From Mariprofundus sp. (GTDB lineage: Bacteria > Pseudomonadota > Zetaproteobacteria > Mariprofundales > Mariprofundaceae), in contig JALUYG010000235.1 in NCBI GenBank assembly GCA_027013105.1, forward strand, positions 1-51,421: a DNA stretch of 51,421 nt, in the 5' to 3' direction. Shown here in pieces: positions 1-9,895 of the stretch (within the stretch, counting starts at the first letter, position 1; each line of letters opens with the position of its first letter). The notes under the pieces were generated by a model. That model saw only the letters and a list, made by a program, of their open reading frames with translations, was not told the DNA's origin and searched no databases. A program made the position numbers and the translations under genes.

Positions 1-2613
1 ATCGCGGGCGAAATCGTTGGCGCTGATCAGCACCAGCTGGGCCGAATCGGATGAACGTGCGATGACGCTGCCGACCACCGCCTTTTCTGCCGGTGCCGCC
101 TTGCTCTTTTGCGCCGCCTTTTCTGCTGCATCCTTGTTGTCCGCTTGCGGTTTCAACAGCGGCGACGGTTTATCCCTGAACCAGGAATCGAACCGACCCT
201 TGATGGCGACAGCCAGCAGCGCACTGCCGCGCTTATCCGCCGGACGGAAACCGGTTTCGGGATAGAGGCTGTATTTCGGCATGATGTCGGCATTATCCGA
301 CACCCAGCTATCCGGCGATGCATGGATCAGTTCGGTCACCTCCCGAGTGCTGTTTTTACCCTGATCGACATGCAGCGGCGATGCCCAGTTCACGGTCAGC
401 TGCTGCAGCGACGCCGTCATCGGACTCTTCCGGTTCAAACCGTCACCGCGCACATCGGCGAACAGCGGATAGGGCATCATATGGATTTCATTGACCGAGA
501 TGCCGCCCAGTTGGCGGCGCACCGGAATTGGCAGCGAAGCGCTGTGCGGATCGAATACCAGCGTCTTGTCCATCGTCACGCCAAGGTGTTTAAGCCACGC
601 CTCCAGCCCGGATTTGTGCGTTTTGGCGCTGAGTGAACTGCTGATACTCACATCAAACGGCGAGGATGCCACCACCACGGCGCCGCCCTGCATGAGGAAT
701 TGATCCACCGCAAACAGCTGTTTCTGATCCAGCGCATCCGGCGCCAGCAACAGCAACAGATCGGCATCGGCCGGCACATGGCCATCCTTCAGATCCGAGT
801 CGATCACCCGCTCGTTTTTCTCCAGCATGGCGCGCAGCAACTGGTAGCGTTTGCCGCGCGGCGCAGGCATGTATGGATTGGGCGTGCGCATCGGCGCTGG
901 CGGCGTCACCATCACCACCGTTTTCATATATCCCGGCGCCAACCGCTGCAGCGCCGCACTGACGGCGCGCTTGAGGTTGGATTTGGTCAGCTCCGCCGGC
1001 AACGGGATCTGCACCGTTTCGTCACCATGCTCCAGCACCATATAGAACCAGAACGGTTTCGGATCGAGCAGACTGGCAATTTGCGGCCCGAAGCCGAACT
1101 GCTGTTTCAGCCGTTTGGCCAGCTTTCCGCCAGCCGCATCCGGATCGCTGAAATCGATGTTCAGTTTCCCCGCCGATTTCTGTTGCATGTTCTTCAGCAT
1201 GCTCCTGAGATCGCGGCGCAGTGTTTTCAACTCGTCCGGCAGCCTGGCCGGGTCGGAAATGTAGCCGTGAAACGTGACCGGCGTCTGCAATCCGGCCAGC
1301 GGATCGCCGCCGCTCTGCCATGCCTGCGTCACCTTGCGAATGGCGCTGGTGATGGCATATTCGGGATTCTTCAGCACCACTTCCGGATCGCCGCCGCCAC
1401 TGCTTTTGACTTCGATCAGATCCTGAAAACCCAGTGTCTCAAACTGATCGCCATAGGCCACGACCAGATTAAAATAGGAGTTGACCACGCCGGATTCATA
1501 ACGGCTGGCCATGCGGAACGGCACCGGGCGGATATTGTATTTTTCCGCCGCTTCGCGTTCCAGCGCCGGATCGCTGTGCGGATCGACAAACTCCACCCGC
1601 ACATGCTTGCCGCCGGCCACCCGGTACTCTTTGAGCAGATCTTCCAGTTGCGGCACCAGCGGCTCCAGCAACGGGTGCGTTTTGGCCGAGAAGTAACCGC
1701 GAATCAGCAGCGGCTCCTGTAAGCTGTGCAGATCGTTTCTGGTTGCATCGGACAACGAATAGATATCTCCCTGCGTCAAATCCGCCCGCAACACGCCCAC
1801 CGGATTCATCCAGATATTGATCAACACTGCATTACAGACCACCAGCAGCGTCAGCCAGCCCCAGCGCCGATGCTCGCCATTGGCCGGATTTCCGGCCCAG
1901 CGCAGTCGCTCCAGCGAATAGCGATTGAGCATGAGGAAAACCGCCACGATAGAGAGATAGTAGAGAATATCGCGCAGATCGAGCACGCCGCGGGTGATGG
2001 AGTCGAAACGCGAGCCGGTTCCCAGCAGCGCCAGCAGCGCGCCAACCTGACGACCAAACAGGGTGGTCAGCATATCGGAACCGATCAGATAAAAAACCGA
2101 AGCGACGGCCACCGTCAGAATCAGCGCCACAATCGGATTGTCGGTGCGCCCGCTCATATACAGGCCGATGGCCAGATAGGCGGCGGCCAGAAACAGGCTG
2201 GCCAGATAACCGCCCCAGACCGGCCCCCAATCCAGCGGGCCGAGCATGCTGACAGTGACTGGCAGCGGCAGCGTCAGCGCCAAAGCCAGCGCCACCAGCG
2301 CCAGGCCGGCGAGGAACTTACCGAAGATTAACGATGATGGCGCAATCGGCGCAGTCAGCAGATTTTCCAGCGTACCGGCGCGTCGTTCCTCCGACCAGCT
2401 GCGCATGGTCAGTGCCGCCACCAGAAAAATCAGCAGAATCGGCATCCACTGGAACAGCGGCTTCACATCGGCGATGTTGCGGGCGAAAAAGGCTTCGGCC
2501 CAGAAAAAGATAAACAGGTTGACTGCCAGAAAGGCCGCCAGAAACAGCCATGCCGCCGGCGAGGCAAAAAAACTGTTAAACTCCTTCCGACATACTTCAG
2601 CAATCGCTTTCAT
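1..2613 (-). CDS. ABC-2 permease / GldG-family fusion protein (GldF+GldG-like), runs off the left edge
   Basis: Absent from the ORF track, consistent with no stop inside the window. ATG at 2613 overlaps the ABC ATPase stop. Start reads MKAIAEVCRKEFNSFFASPAAWLFL...MRSWSEERRAGTLENLLTAP (GldF-like). The same frame at the edge reads ...RSSDSAQLVLISANDFARD (GldG-like). The middle was not translated base by base. Confidence 0.85.
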   Translation of the reverse strand, partial: MKAIAEVCRKEFNSFFASPAAWLFLAAFLAVNLFIFFWAEAFFARNIADVKPLFQWMPILLIFLVAALTMRSWSEERRAGTLENLLTAPIAPSSLIFGKFLAGLALVALALALTLPLPVTVSMLGPLDWGPVWGGYLASLFLAAAYLAIGLYMSGRTDNPIVALILTVAVASVFYLIGSDMLTTLFGRQVGALLALLGTGSRFDSITRGVLDLRDILYYLSIVAVFLMLNRYSLERLRWAGNPANGEHRRWGWLTLLVVCNAVLINIWMNPVGVLRADLTQGDIYSLSDATRNDLHSLQEPLLIRGYFSAKTHPLLEPLVPQLEDLLKEYRVAGGKHVRVEFVDPHSDPALEREAAEKYNIRPVPFRMASRYESGVVNSYFNLVVAYGDQFETLGFQDLIEVKSSGGGDPEVVLKNPEYAITSAIRKVTQAWQSGGDPLAGLQTPVTFHGYISDPARLPDELKTLRRDLRSMLKNMQQKSAGKLNIDFSDPDAAGGKLAKRLKQQFGFGPQIASLLDPKPFWFYMVLEHGDETVQIPLPAELTKSNLKRAVSAALQRLAPGYMKTVVMVTPPAPMRTPNPYMPAPRGKRYQLLRAMLEKNERVIDSDLKDGHVPADADLLLLLAPDALDQKQLFAVDQFLMQGGAVVVASSPFDVSISSSLSAKTHKSGLEAWLKHLGVTMDKTLVFDPHSASLPIPVRRQLGGISVNEIHMMPYPLFADVRGDGLNRKSPMTASLQQLTVNWASPLHVDQGKNSTREVTELIHASPDSWVSDNADIMPKYSLYPETGFRPADKRGSALLAVAIKGRFDSWFRDKPSPLLKPQADNKDAAEKAAQKSKAAPAEKAVVGSVIARSSDSAQLVLISANDFARD

Positions 2614-3533
2614 CAGCTATCCTCCTCCACCCCGGTTCGGTTCACTTCAGCAAAAACAGTTTCCAGATCGCGTACTTCCGGTTGCATGGCATAGAGCTTG
2701 TCGCCATGCTGCTGCACTGCCGCCGCCACATAGGGGGCGATATTGGCCGGCGCTGTGAGCGCATAGCCGTGATGCTCGCCGCCCGCCCGAGGCGCCACGG
2801 ACGCCACGCCCTCAATCTGGCCCAGGTAACCTGTCGCTTCCGGATTATCCAGCCGAACCAGCAGCGTATGCCCTGATTGCAACGCATCCAGCGATGAATC
2901 AACCACCAGTTTGCCGGCTCGCAGAATCAGCACCCGTTCACAGACAGCCTGCACCTCCTGCAGAATATGGGTGGAGACGATCACCGTGGCATGTTCGGCC
3001 AGTTCGGCAATCAGTCGGCGCATATGGCGAATCTGAGTCGGATCGAGCCCGTTGGTCGGCTCATCGAGAATAATGATATCGGGATTGTGCAGAATCGCCT
3101 GGGCCACGCCGACGCGCTGGCGATAACCGCGCGACAGCGTCTGAATCGGCTGGGACGCCTTATCTTTTAATTCGGTTCGCCGAATTGCCGTGGCCACGGC
3201 GCGATTCAGGTCACTTTCGCCCATCCCGTGCAGGCGCCCCTGATATTGCAGATATTCCATCACATTCATTTCCGGCCAGACCGGACAGTTTTCCGGCAAA
3301 TAGCCGATCCGCTGCTGAATGGCCGGGGTATCTTGGCCCATCTGCAAGCCATCAATGGTGATCGAACCGGATGTCGGCTCCAGAAAACCGGTGATCATTT
3401 TCATGATGGTGGATTTGCCGGCGCCATTATGCCCCAGCAAGCCCACCACTTCGCCCCTCCGAATGGTGGCGGACACATGATCCACCGCCTGAAAATCACC
3501 GTATGAACGGCATAACTCACTGATCTTAATCAT
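2613..3533 (-). CDS. ABC transporter ATP-binding protein (GldA-like)
   Basis: Walker A GHNGAGKS, signature LSRGYRQR, Walker B IILDEPT, H-loop STH. Confidence 0.93.
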   Translation of the reverse strand: MIKISELCRSYGDFQAVDHVSATIRRGEVVGLLGHNGAGKSTIMKMITGFLEPTSGSITIDGLQMGQDTPAIQQRIGYLPENCPVWPEMNVMEYLQYQGRLHGMGESDLNRAVATAIRRTELKDKASQPIQTLSRGYRQRVGVAQAILHNPDIIILDEPTNGLDPTQIRHMRRLIAELAEHATVIVSTHILQEVQAVCERVLILRAGKLVVDSSLDALQSGHTLLVRLDNPEATGYLGQIEGVASVAPRAGGEHHGYALTAPANIAPYVAAAVQQHGDKLYAMQPEVRDLETVFAEVNRTGVEEDS

Positions 3534-3637
3534 TAAAACACCCCATCATAGAATATTTAGATTGAATTAAATCTGTTTATATGAACCCCGAATAAGAATT
3601 TAAAGAGGATTTATGAATATTTTTCGTTTTGAATTTC

Positions 3638-4591
3638 TTATGGCACAGCCACGCGTTTGAGCAGTTCGGCAATCACATCGTCACTGGAAACACCTGCGGC
3701 TTCGGCCTCAAAGCTGAGCAGCAGTCGATGACGCAACACATCCGGCGCGACCGCCTGCACATCTTCAGGACTGACATAATCGCGATCGGCCAGCCAGGCA
3801 TGCGCGCGGGCGCAACGATCCAGCGCAATGGTGGCGCGGGGGCTGGCCGGGTATTCGATCCAGCGGGCCAGATCGGCACTGTATTTTTCAGGCCCGCGCG
3901 TCGCCATCACCAGATGTACGATATAATCTTCCAGCGCTTCGGCCATGTGCAAGCCCATCGCTGCGCTTCTGGCGGCAAACAGCTCAGCCTGCGACACCTG
4001 CTGCGACAGAGCGCCATCACCATGCTCAAACTCATCGCGGGAGAGGCGCAGAATCTGTTTCTCGGTGGCGCTGTCGGGATAATCGATGCGCACATGCATG
4101 AGGAATCGATCCAGCTGCGCTTCCGGCAGGGGGTAGGTGCCCTCCTGCTCGATCGGATTCTGCGTCGCCATCACCAGAAACAGCTCCGGCAACCGGTGCG
4201 ACACCTTGCCGACCGTGATCTGGCGTTCCGCCATCGCTTCCAGCAGCGCCGCCTGCACCTTGGCCGGAGCGCGGTTGATCTCGTCGGCCAGAATCAGATT
4301 ATGAAACAGCGGCCCCTGCTGAAAATGAAATGAGCCGTCCTGTGGCCGGTAGATCTCCGTGCCGGTTAAATCCGAGGGCAGCAGATCTGGGGTAAACTGC
4401 ACCCGATGAAAATCCCCTTCCACGCCGTCCGCCAGCACCTTGATGGCGCGCGTCTTGGCCAGTCCGGGCGCGCCTTCCACCAGCAGATGACCATCGGCCA
4501 GCATGGCGATCAGCATACGATTGACCAGCGCGCCCTGACCAAAAATACGTTGCTGAATCTGACTGCTCAGACGCTGTAAAGGGTGTGACAT
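3638..4591 (-). CDS. MoxR-family AAA+ ATPase
   Basis: EGAPGLAKT, RVQFTPDLLPSD, DEINRA, ATQNPIEQEGTYPLPEAQLDRF. Confidence 0.95.
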   Translation of the reverse strand: MSHPLQRLSSQIQQRIFGQGALVNRMLIAMLADGHLLVEGAPGLAKTRAIKVLADGVEGDFHRVQFTPDLLPSDLTGTEIYRPQDGSFHFQQGPLFHNLILADEINRAPAKVQAALLEAMAERQITVGKVSHRLPELFLVMATQNPIEQEGTYPLPEAQLDRFLMHVRIDYPDSATEKQILRLSRDEFEHGDGALSQQVSQAELFAARSAAMGLHMAEALEDYIVHLVMATRGPEKYSADLARWIEYPASPRATIALDRCARAHAWLADRDYVSPEDVQAVAPDVLRHRLLLSFEAEAAGVSSDDVIAELLKRVAVP

Positions 4592-4672
4592 AGATAGCTA
4601 TCTCCGTGATTGATATTCATATTCAGAATTTCTATTCGGGATTTCGGCGATACAGCGGCTGTCTGCCTCTGA

Positions 4673-6022
4673 TCACTGAAGCAGCGCTTTCGCTGCCTCA
4701 GGATCGAAATGCTCTTTCTCCACCCGGAGGTAGGCAACGTGCTCATCGGCTGCGATGCGGGCTTCTGCAACACCCGCCAACTGCAACAGCTGTGCCTCCA
4801 GCGTTTTTGGGTCACCCATTCGAGATGGGTCAACGGCCATGATCATGGCGGAGCGCATGCGCGGCGGCGCCATGCCGATGGCCAGCCCAAGCCACAGCAG
4901 CGCACCCACAGCACAGGCGATAAAAATACCGGTGACGCCAAAATGATCCAGCAGCGCGCCGCCGCCGGCGCCGCCGACAAAGGCGCCGAGAAACTGACTG
5001 GTGGAATAGACGCCCATGGCCGTACCTTTGCCATCAATCGGCGCAATACGCGATACCAGCGAAGGCAAGGATGCCTCCAGCACATTGTAGGCGATAAAGA
5101 AGATCAACAGCCCGCTGATCACGCTTGTCCAACCGCTGTGCGATAAAGCCAGCAGTGCAGCAGATGCGGCGACCAGCCCAATGGCGACCACAAACACCTG
5201 TTTCAGTTTTTTCCGTTTCTCGGCAACAATGATCATCGGCACCATCACCGCCATGGCCGCCAGCAAGGTCGGCAGATAAACCCATGAGTGATGCGCCACC
5301 GGCATATGCAGCTGATCGCGCAATACAAACGGCAGAGCGATGAACATGGCGGTCATGATGGCATGCAGAATCAGAATGCCGAAATCCAGCCGCAGCAGTT
5401 CAATATTGCGCAGTGCAGCCCCAAGCTGGCCGGGAATGGTTTCGGCGTCGCGATGGATCGTGCTGTGCGCCGGGGTCGGAATAGCGGTATGCAGCACGAT
5501 GATCGCGCCGACTGCCAGTATGGCAGTCAGCCAGAAAATACCATTCACGCCGATCGCAGCATCAAGCCAAGGCCCGAGAATCATCGACACGGTAAATGAT
5601 ACGCCGATCGACATGCCGATCATGGCGGTCGCCCTGGTGCGCACTTCCTCTCGCGTCAGGTCAGCCAGCAAGGCCATCATGGCGGCTGCAATCGCACCTG
5701 CGCCCTGCAAGGCGCGTCCGATAATCACGCCCCAGATATCATGCGACGATGCAGCCACCACGCTGCCAATGGCGAAAATAATCAGACCTGCCGTAATCAC
5801 CGGTTTGCGTCCGATTCGATCCGACAGGATGCCGAACGGAATCTGTAACAGCGCCATGGTTAGCCCATAAGCGCCCAGCGCCAGGCCGATCAGCGTCGGC
5901 GTGACGCCGTCGAGGTGTTCGGCATAAAGCGCAAAGACGGGCAGAATGAGAAACAGCCCCAGCATGCGCAGGCTATAGATACCGGCCAGCGAGAATACGC
6001 TTCTACGTTCGACTACATTCAT
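4673..6022 (-). CDS. MFS transporter, YajR-like with C-terminal YAM-like domain
   Basis: LRMLGLFLILPV, motif A GILSDRIGRK, about 12 TM segments, soluble C-terminal tail. Start trimmed to ATG 6022 (RBS GAGG). Confidence 0.88.
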   Translation of the reverse strand: MNVVERRSVFSLAGIYSLRMLGLFLILPVFALYAEHLDGVTPTLIGLALGAYGLTMALLQIPFGILSDRIGRKPVITAGLIIFAIGSVVAASSHDIWGVIIGRALQGAGAIAAAMMALLADLTREEVRTRATAMIGMSIGVSFTVSMILGPWLDAAIGVNGIFWLTAILAVGAIIVLHTAIPTPAHSTIHRDAETIPGQLGAALRNIELLRLDFGILILHAIMTAMFIALPFVLRDQLHMPVAHHSWVYLPTLLAAMAVMVPMIIVAEKRKKLKQVFVVAIGLVAASAALLALSHSGWTSVISGLLIFFIAYNVLEASLPSLVSRIAPIDGKGTAMGVYSTSQFLGAFVGGAGGGALLDHFGVTGIFIACAVGALLWLGLAIGMAPPRMRSAMIMAVDPSRMGDPKTLEAQLLQLAGVAEARIAADEHVAYLRVEKEHFDPEAAKALLQ

Positions 6023-6070
6023 CACATACTTCCTCAGTGGATAAATTATTTTCCAACAAACGCTCCACGG

Positions 6071-6102
6071 AAAAGGCTCTGTAGAACTACTACAGAGCCT
6101 TT
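6071..6102 (-). terminator. Intrinsic-terminator-like hairpin upstream of the MFS gene
   Basis: Perfect 13-bp IR AAAGGCTCTGTAG/CTACAGAGCCTTT ending in a T run on the minus strand. Confidence 0.6.
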
Positions 6103-6363
6103 GCGGGAGCGCCTGGCGCATCAGGGGAGAGGGAGCCTGCCAGGCAGGTGGCAAACTATAGCCGTGCTGTGACCCGGCCATGAAGTCGATATTAAAATTT
6201 ATTCATCTCATATTAACGTAAACCTGGATTGTTATCAGTCCTACTCGCTGAACACTGCTATTCGCAAGACATGACCAAACCGTCATCTTATCCGCATACT
6301 GACGTAACCGGTTCGACATAGCATATGCCAATCAAACCAATAGCAGATGGAGCAATTGTTTCA

Positions 6364-7032
6364 ATGACAAGCAGATTCAGATTCAGCAGCATGAAGGAAA
6401 AGCTGATAGCCCGGCTTACACCGCATGCGATCAGGTGCATTATCGCATCGCTGTCGGTCACAATCCGATGGGAGTTTATCGGCAATCGGTACGATTCTGA
6501 TTCAGGCGAGCAACATATCTTTGCCTTTTGGCACTGCAAACTACTGATGATGGGCGCCGGTTTGAAAGGGTGTAACGGTTATACGCTGATATCTTCGCAT
6601 CGTGACGGCGGTTTTATTGCCGATACCCTCGCCTTGCAGGGATTCAAAACCATTCGCGGCTCTTCAACACGCGGCGGAGCCAGAGCGTTGATCCGGATGA
6701 TACAAAAATCAAAAAGCGAATCGTGCGATTTCGGTATGACCCCGGATGGTCCGAAAGGCCCCCGTGGCGTGGTCAAGCCCGGCATTGTTATGCTGGCCAA
6801 AAAGACCGGCGTGAAGATTTATCCCGTAATGTGGGCCACCTCAAGGTATTGGCAAATTAAATCATCATGGGATCATTTTTACATCCCCAAACCATTTTCC
6901 AGAGGCGTTTTTGTTTTCGGCGACGCCTTATTCATCGCCGAGGATGAGTTGATTGAGGATGCGTGCATCCGCGTCCAGTCCGCCATGGATGCCGTACAGA
7001 AAAAGGCAGATAGCCATTTCCATGCATATTAG
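6364..7032 (+). CDS. DUF374 / lysophospholipid acyltransferase family protein
   Basis: FAFWH, LISSHRDG, IRGSSTRGG, TPDGPKGP, WDHFYIPKPFSR. Start uncertain (6325/6364/6391). Confidence 0.88.
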   Translation: MTSRFRFSSMKEKLIARLTPHAIRCIIASLSVTIRWEFIGNRYDSDSGEQHIFAFWHCKLLMMGAGLKGCNGYTLISSHRDGGFIADTLALQGFKTIRGSSTRGGARALIRMIQKSKSESCDFGMTPDGPKGPRGVVKPGIVMLAKKTGVKIYPVMWATSRYWQIKSSWDHFYIPKPFSRGVFVFGDALFIAEDELIEDACIRVQSAMDAVQKKADSHFHAY

Positions 7033-7120
7033 AACAACCCTGTCTCGCATTACTTTCTATTTCTACCATCACCAATAGAATCACTCCTTCCTTTTGCTAT
7101 GAATTTAAAAACACTGAGGC

Positions 7121-7618
7121 ATGCAAATGAATGATGAAAATAAAACCAGGCAAGTACAATGGACACTAACAATTCTCGACTGGACAAATCATTTTGCCAG
7201 ACTGGTTATCAGTATGGCCCTTGTTGCGGCAACCGTACTCATTGCCGCTGTGTTTTTTCATGATGTTTACACTGCATTGACAACACGCCCGTTTATTACG
7301 GGTTTTATTCACGCCATCGGCGCTCTGCTTTTGCTATGGACAATGGTTGAACTTATCGATATGGAGAAACGCCTTCTACATAGTGGATCAGTGGACATTT
7401 CCGTTTTTATAGAGGTAGCGCTCGTAGTCATGGTAAGAGAGGTAATCCTTCTGCCCGTACGAGATATTCACCCGACATGGATCGACATCGCCATGTGGAC
7501 AGGTGCGACTGCGCTGTTGGGTTTAACCTTTTACCTTGTCAGGCAAGGGCAGCGCTGGAAACACGGTTTTAAAACGCCGGTGGGCCAGGTAAATGGGAGC
7601 AGACAGAAGAGTAAATAA
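7121..7618 (+). CDS. PsiE-family membrane protein
   Basis: Four TM segments, FIEVALVVMVREVI motif. Confidence 0.75.
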   Translation: MQMNDENKTRQVQWTLTILDWTNHFARLVISMALVAATVLIAAVFFHDVYTALTTRPFITGFIHAIGALLLLWTMVELIDMEKRLLHSGSVDISVFIEVALVVMVREVILLPVRDIHPTWIDIAMWTGATALLGLTFYLVRQGQRWKHGFKTPVGQVNGSRQKSK

Positions 7619-7713
7619 ACTTTAATATCGGCTTCACTGACAGATCACGCCACGATTTCAGAGTGCTCCGCGTCTGGTGCTTCCCCTCCCTCCTCTTTGC
7701 ATCAGGCCACCTT

Positions 7714-7743
7714 AAAGGCTCTGTGTATATACAGGGCCTTTTT
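7714..7743 (+). terminator. Intrinsic-terminator-like hairpin
   Basis: AAAGGCTCTGT...ACAGGGCCTTTTT. Confidence 0.6.
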
Positions 7744-7852
7744 GTGGTTAGGCAGTCGATGAACAGAGGAAAATGGCGATGCCATGTAGTGTTTTATCGG
7801 GATCCCAGACACGGCTACGATGCCACTATCAATATATATTGGAGAGAATAAC

Positions 7853-8470
7853 ATGCGTAAATATCTACATATCACAATGGCTGCATTATGTTTGACCGTG
7901 CTTCCGTTTGCCAATGCGCAGGCGCAGGATTTCGATGGCGACAATGATATCAGGATCGATTCGGACAACGATTTCGATATCCGCCCTTATGCCGGCGTCG
8001 CGGTCGGCGCTTTTGGCCTTGAACTCAAGGACAGCACCGGCTTCAATCAAAAGAAGACCGTGTTCGGCGGCTTTGGAAAAGTCGGTGCAGATATCGGCGA
8101 CTACCTGGGCGCGGAACTGCGCTTTGGCTCTTCGGCTTCGGGCACATCGGGCAACGTCAAGCTCTCCGACAGCTATTTTATCTCCTATCTGGCCAAGTTC
8201 CAGTTTCCTGTCACTGTCGATTTCCGCCCCTATGCGATGATCGGCGGCACTACGGCCAAATTTAAGAAGACTGTCGCAGGCGTGGAAAAATCCAAATCAA
8301 AAACCGGCTTCAGCTACGGCTTTGGCGCTGAATATTATTTGCAGGATAATCTGTCGCTCGGCGGCGAATGGATGCAGTACTGGACCAACGTCAATCTCGG
8401 TTCGGCCATGGGGCCAAACAACAAAGCCAAACTATGGAGCGCAACAGCAACCGCAGCTTATCACTTCTAA
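7853..8470 (+). CDS. Small outer-membrane beta-barrel (OMP_b-brl / porin family)
   Basis: RBS GGAG, signal peptide ending AQA, amphipathic strands (GFSYGFGAEYY), C-terminal AAYHF. Confidence 0.88.
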   Translation: MRKYLHITMAALCLTVLPFANAQAQDFDGDNDIRIDSDNDFDIRPYAGVAVGAFGLELKDSTGFNQKKTVFGGFGKVGADIGDYLGAELRFGSSASGTSGNVKLSDSYFISYLAKFQFPVTVDFRPYAMIGGTTAKFKKTVAGVEKSKSKTGFSYGFGAEYYLQDNLSLGGEWMQYWTNVNLGSAMGPNNKAKLWSATATAAYHF

Positions 8471-8471
8471 A

Positions 8472-8510
8472 CAAAAAAGTTCCCCCGGCCTCGCCGGGGG
8501 AACTTTTTTG
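8472..8510. terminator. Rho-independent terminator
   Basis: Perfect 18-bp IR CAAAAAAGTTCCCCCGGC/GCCGGGGGAACTTTTTTG directly after the stop. Confidence 0.9.
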
Positions 8511-8548
8511 TTGTGTTTCCATTATTAACATACATTGGAGGTACAACC

Positions 8549-9235
8549 TTGAAACTACCCACCTGTATTCAATCGATCACTTTAGCTTTGGTGCTAACAG
8601 CTACCATCCCCACTCTCGTTTCCGCCTCAGAGCAGCCACCCGACATACCAATAATTCTGGCCGATATGCAACAACATACCCAGGAAATGATAGACGCATT
8701 GCTGATAAAAAATGCAACGGTTACAGCCCTGCGCTTCCAACAGATCAAGGCTGATGTCAAACAACTTCGCCAAAAGATGAATGCCGGCCCGTACAATGAA
8801 CGGAGGTCGCGAGAACTGCTGATGAGCTATTCGTGGATAAGAGTGATTGGCATAGAGGTTCATGATAAGGCATGGATTGAGGCCGCCGTGGCTGCAAACC
8901 AGTTAAGCGCCATGTTGATGGAAGCAACGGAATTTCCCACCCTGATTCATCGTGACGTCGCCTGGCTCTATTACCTGGGCAGAGAGGTCGAATTACTCAC
9001 TCTGGAGAATCCCAAAGCCAACGCTGAACTGTTAGACGTGCGACTAATTACGCTGGAAAACACATGGAATCGAGTCAGAAAAGAGCTGATCAAGAATTTC
9101 AAAAACAAACCACTGGTTGAACAGGGCAATGTATTGCTTACATCTTTAAAACATCAACCAAAACAACCGCCTCAACTTATCATTTCGGCTAAAAAGCTGT
9201 TGTTATTCATTGATCAGATAAGAAAAAAGATATGA
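8549..9235 (+). CDS. Hypothetical exported helical protein
   Basis: GGAGG upstream of TTG 8549, signal-like N-terminus, no family recognised. Confidence 0.7.
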   Translation: MKLPTCIQSITLALVLTATIPTLVSASEQPPDIPIILADMQQHTQEMIDALLIKNATVTALRFQQIKADVKQLRQKMNAGPYNERRSRELLMSYSWIRVIGIEVHDKAWIEAAVAANQLSAMLMEATEFPTLIHRDVAWLYYLGREVELLTLENPKANAELLDVRLITLENTWNRVRKELIKNFKNKPLVEQGNVLLTSLKHQPKQPPQLIISAKKLLLFIDQIRKKI

Positions 9236-9247
9236 CCTTCTTTTTCA

Positions 9248-9568
9248 TCACTTCATCAACTGCTGAATGGATTGTGCGACCAAACCCTTATTGGCGCCAG
9301 AGTTGGCATCAGAAAACTTGACTGCCACCCCCTGTCCGATCGCGGGCATGGAGCCCTGCGTGCTTTTGCTGACTGTAAATTGGATCGGCTCGCCGCTTTG
9401 TGCATCGCGAATGGTAAAGTGGTTGCCGTTCACGCCAAGCACCTGACCGACATGGGCGTGCGGGCCTGCCGCATCACAGGCCTGCGTTTCGACCGAAGTC
9501 AACAGGAACATCGGCAGTATCAATACCGCCGCCGTAGCTTGGACTGTCCGACGCACTGCATGGTTCAT
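9248..9568 (-). CDS. Small exported protein (beta-rich, possibly OB-fold-like)
   Basis: RBS GGAGG, signal peptide, mature N-terminus CDAAGPHAH. Confidence 0.7.
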   Translation of the reverse strand: MNHAVRRTVQATAAVLILPMFLLTSVETQACDAAGPHAHVGQVLGVNGNHFTIRDAQSGEPIQFTVSKSTQGSMPAIGQGVAVKFSDANSGANKGLVAQSIQQLMK

Positions 9569-9586
9569 AACATCACCTCCGCGGGT

Positions 9587-9895
9587 TCATGATGAAGCAT
9601 CATCTGATGCTGAAATTGTTGAGAATGCATCCCGATAACGGGGGCGCCGGCCGAGCCAAACTTTGGCCAGAAAAAAGGAGACAGATTTAAGGCGAAACAG
9701 CGCCACCACCATCAGCACGGTAGATATCGCCATCAACCAGAGTGCGCCCGAAAGCCCCCGATCAGCCAGCTGCGCGTAAGAAAAAAAGTAGATGCAGAGC
9801 ATCAACGTAATCACAACGCCAATGGCGACGGCAAAATTTTCCTGTGTTTTTCTGATCGACGTAATGATCATCTCCCGATCACTCGCAGATGCCAT
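9587..9895 (-). CDS. Hypothetical 2-TM membrane protein
   Basis: RBS GGGAG, two hydrophobic segments. Confidence 0.65.
   Translation of the reverse strand: MASASDREMIITSIRKTQENFAVAIGVVITLMLCIYFFSYAQLADRGLSGALWLMAISTVLMVVALFRLKSVSFFLAKVWLGRRPRYRDAFSTISASDDASS

Noticed and set aside
109-2331. Long plus-strand ORFs (109-636, 700-1722, 1726-2331)
   Set aside because: Antisense shadows of the minus-strand GldF/G-like gene; Arg/Gln/His-rich with no motifs.
6023-6181. N-terminal extension of the MFS ORF
   Set aside because: Runs through hairpin and terminator structures; a better start with RBS exists at 6022.
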